This document shows positions 61,660-64,000 of a stretch of DNA of 64,000 bases, piece after piece; the stretch's first letter is position 1; the number at the start of each line of letters is the position of its first letter. Under the pieces are notes generated by a model. It saw nothing but the letters and a program-made list of their open reading frames with translations, had not been told where the DNA came from and searched no databases. The stretch is from a virus. The stretch is from positions 1-64,000 of the IMG/VR virus record IMGVR_UViG_3300044646_002092; one strand, written 5' to 3'. The position numbers and the translations under genes are program-made.

Positions 61660-61683
61660 GTTAATACGACAGTAAGAAATAAT

Positions 61684-61944
61684 ATGAGTAAAACACTGCA
61701 ACTGAAATGGGAGTACTCTTCTGCCAACCTGCCTAACGGAGAAATTATGGCTCGATTCGGGCTACTCAAGGCTGCTGTTGATGGTACTCATAGTACTATG
61801 AGTTACCCTGACAGATTCACTTCAATAAATGCTGCACAGTTAAAAGCTGAAGATATGCTTTTCCGCCATTTGAAAGAGCTATCAGTAGGTATTGATGCTC
61901 TTGACGTAGATGAGGCTGTTGAAACAAACAAACTCGATAACTAA
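61684..61944 (+). CDS. Hypothetical protein, last gene of the plus-strand block
   Basis: 86 aa; weakly similar to the ~58603..58908 product. Confidence 0.55.
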   Translation: MSKTLQLKWEYSSANLPNGEIMARFGLLKAAVDGTHSTMSYPDRFTSINAAQLKAEDMLFRHLKELSVGIDALDVDEAVETNKLDN

Positions 61945-62391
61945 AAAATTACTGGTGAAAGTAGGGCTAGAAAGTGCCCCAAAACGAAAGCGTGAGTCCC
62001 ACCCCGTAATCGTCCAGCTACCACTATTTCTATCTAAAAGCAAGCTACCAGCACCATTTCTCAGCGTCGTCTGTAGATTAATGGTGCTGTTTTGTGTAAA
62101 TACCACTCGAACCTGCTCGACGGAAGTGAAGTCAGCTATAGTTGTTCCTGAAGTCGTTGTAATACTCGTAATTGTGTTTAATTTATTTGCAGTATTATTT
62201 GACCTGAACCATCGCCCAGACCCCGCAGTGGGAGCAAATATCTGACCTGAAACAGTTGCATCTGAAGCTGTTGCATCGTATATTAGCCAAGACTTGAGTT
62301 CAATGCAGACAACTGCAAAACCTTGTGGAAGTGCGCTGACATCGAGATTGAGAACTTCAGTAAGTGTAGAAAAAGAGATAGGATGTGCCAT
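61882..62391 (-). CDS. Tail-fibre-associated structural protein
   Basis: Thr/Ser-rich beta-strand pattern; follows the LamG tail protein. Confidence 0.6.
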   Translation of the reverse strand: MAHPISFSTLTEVLNLDVSALPQGFAVVCIELKSWLIYDATASDATVSGQIFAPTAGSGRWFRSNNTANKLNTITSITTTSGTTIADFTSVEQVRVVFTQNSTINLQTTLRNGAGSLLLDRNSGSWTITGWDSRFRFGALSSPTFTSNFLVIEFVCFNSLIYVKSINTY

Positions 62392-62395
62392 CTAA

Positions 62396-64000
62396 CTATT
62401 GACCATAAAAAACATCAGGAATGTAGTTGCCAGTATACCGCGCAGACTTAGTGACTCGTAGCTGTGAAATCTCAATCCAACTTCTACTTCTAAACAAAGA
62501 GGTGTTTATAGTGGCTATAGAAGAATCTTGACTGTACAACCTCTTGATACTAAATTCAGACGCTGACGAGGCTATATTCATCGCTTCGCTTGTTGTTGCA
62601 GTTGCTTCGAGTTCGCCATTCAAGAATAGAGAACAGCTTGTACCAAATTTCACAAAAGATACATCAACTACTGTGCTATCTGGAATATCAGTTACACCAT
62701 CCAAAGTGAAGCTACCAAAAGTGACACGAAGCTTGAGGTCATAGATGCCCCACGTAAAACCCCCCTCAACATCGATAATAGCCCCACGAGTATTGCCAGA
62801 TGGATTAAATATCTTGGCTTCAAGTGTTACATCGCCAGTTATCTCCAAGCTGCTATCGGTATACCCAATATGAGAGTACTTATTGAGCCGTCCTGACGCG
62901 ATGAGTGGTTGTACTGTAGTATTTGACGTGAAACTTCTTGTGAGGCTGTACTGAGCAAAATCTGCCTCACCTACATTAAATTTGAGAAGTAGTACTGTGT
63001 TCGCCGTTGCGGTGTCTTTAGGCGGAACGTCATTAGCAGAAAAGGGAATACTAGCTGCTGTATTAATGGTAAGTTGACGCAAATATCCTTGCCAACTTTG
63101 GGAAGTCCATGCAGCAGTACCTACCGAGTTTTTCAAGCTACCTATGCACAGTGGCTCAGTTGAATTATTGTTGAAGTTGTTAGCTGCTTTGAGGTGAGCG
63201 CTTAAGACTCCATCGATAAATATTTTGTAGACTCGCCCGATTCGATTAATGACAACGCTATGCTCGAAGAGGTCGTCTGGTAAGGCACAAGACAGCACGT
63301 TAGACCCAAAGGCAGCAAACAAGGTACTATCTGCCGCTACACCCACATAAAAGCCTATACTAGATGCTTTGTGGCTACCCACAATACAACCATACTCGCC
63401 TACGCTCGTTTTGGCAGAAAAGAAGGAAATAGTGAAGTCAGTTTCGTTGAGGTCGAATGCCGATGTTTTTGTCGCCTCAAGTCTGCCCCCTGAGAGTAAT
63501 AGACGTGCCTTACTGATGGTTGGAGTGCCGACTGTATTGCCGATTGTTGAAATGCCAGCGCCAGTATATGCAGTTGTTGATGATGCAAATGCCAGATACA
63601 ACGCTTCGCTGAAAGGAGCCTCCCACCCTATTTTTTCTGCATAAGCGACAGCGCCAGTTTTGTCCACATTGTCGCTGTAATCAATGTTCGCGTAAAGTTT
63701 GTTGACGTACTGCAATTCAAGTACTTGTTTGCCAAAATATGCAGTGAGAAGTGTTGCTTGGCTGTATTGCTTAGGGAGCGCGAAGATGTCAGTGAAATTC
63801 TTGATTATGTGACCGTTTGGAATCAGCTCGATGAAGTATTTCGTATACTTGCCAGCATTGAGGATTGTGAGCGTTGTATTAGTCGCTAGAGTGATGCTGA
63901 TGTATTGGGTCGCGCCAGCAAGGTCAAGCGAGTATGTGTCGGTAGAAATAGTAATTGAGGTCAGGTCGTATGCGTCGATTTGATTTTGAGGTATAGGCTC
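62396..64000 (-). CDS. Tail fibre / receptor-binding protein with two LamG (concanavalin A-like) domains; 5'-truncated by the window edge
   Basis: DFTISFF...HSVVINRIG...IFIDG and DVTLEAKI...LFLNGELE. The frame stays open upstream of 63715 to position 64000, so the TTG in the ORF track is internal. Confidence 0.75.
   Translation of the reverse strand, partial: EPIPQNQIDAYDLTSITISTDTYSLDLAGATQYISITLATNTTLTILNAGKYTKYFIELIPNGHIIKNFTDIFALPKQYSQATLLTAYFGKQVLELQYVNKLYANIDYSDNVDKTGAVAYAEKIGWEAPFSEALYLAFASSTTAYTGAGISTIGNTVGTPTISKARLLLSGGRLEATKTSAFDLNETDFTISFFSAKTSVGEYGCIVGSHKASSIGFYVGVAADSTLFAAFGSNVLSCALPDDLFEHSVVINRIGRVYKIFIDGVLSAHLKAANNFNNNSTEPLCIGSLKNSVGTAAWTSQSWQGYLRQLTINTAASIPFSANDVPPKDTATANTVLLLKFNVGEADFAQYSLTRSFTSNTTVQPLIASGRLNKYSHIGYTDSSLEITGDVTLEAKIFNPSGNTRGAIIDVEGGFTWGIYDLKLRVTFGSFTLDGVTDIPDSTVVDVSFVKFGTSCSLFLNGELEATATTSEAMNIASSASEFSIKRLYSQDSSIATINTSLFRSRSWIEISQLRVTKSARYTGNYIPDVFYGQ

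Noticed and set aside
352-63644. Many short ORF-track entries antisense to or nested within longer genes (e.g. 352..606, 1485..1856, 10248..10592, 28862..29302, 35929..36378)
   Set aside because: They are shadow frames of well-supported genes, with no RBS or recognisable motifs.
1-64000. CRISPR array
   Set aside because: No regularly spaced 25-45 bp direct repeats with unique spacers were seen; the repeat arrays found are 6-8 bp motifs at irregular spacing.
63715-64000. Separate gene upstream of the 439 aa LamG ORF
   Set aside because: The same frame is open to the window edge, so it is one gene truncated by the window.

Overview
This window is 64 kb of a large AT-rich tailed dsDNA phage, probably infecting a cyanobacterium. 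The host is inferred from cyanobacterial-type RRXRR/IsrB elements, an rrn boxA of the ACCTTGAAAACTG type, an NtcA-like promoter and apparent GATC/GGCC avoidance. Layout: (i) 1-6300 is mostly minus-strand late genes (terminase large subunit, Gly-zipper proteins, a kinase fusion); (ii) 6300-8090 is a 1.8 kb control region with tandem sigma70 promoters, a boxA, a Fur box and a candidate ~500 nt structured RNA; (iii) 8094-61944 is an almost uninterrupted plus-strand early/middle block of short hypothetical genes, then recombination, replication (Sak4-like, SSB, exonuclease, primase, helicase, PolA), nucleotide metabolism (dUTPase, dNMP kinase, class II RNR plus PduO-like, ThyA), probable anti-defence genes, homing endonucleases and two IsrB (OMEGA) elements; (iv) 61882-64000 is minus-strand tail-fibre genes. 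The best leads are a 750 nt non-coding RNA locus (30220-30980) holding an anticodon-less tRNA-like fold, two cloverleaves and a duplicated covarying hairpin module; the large RNA at 7569-8068; a catalytically degraded paralog of the phage's own terminase nuclease domain; a family of xNF/xDF-tagged late proteins including a kinase fusion; and two paralogous wHTH genes each preceded by its own short-repeat array. All calls come from motifs and manual pairing; no database search or folding program was run.
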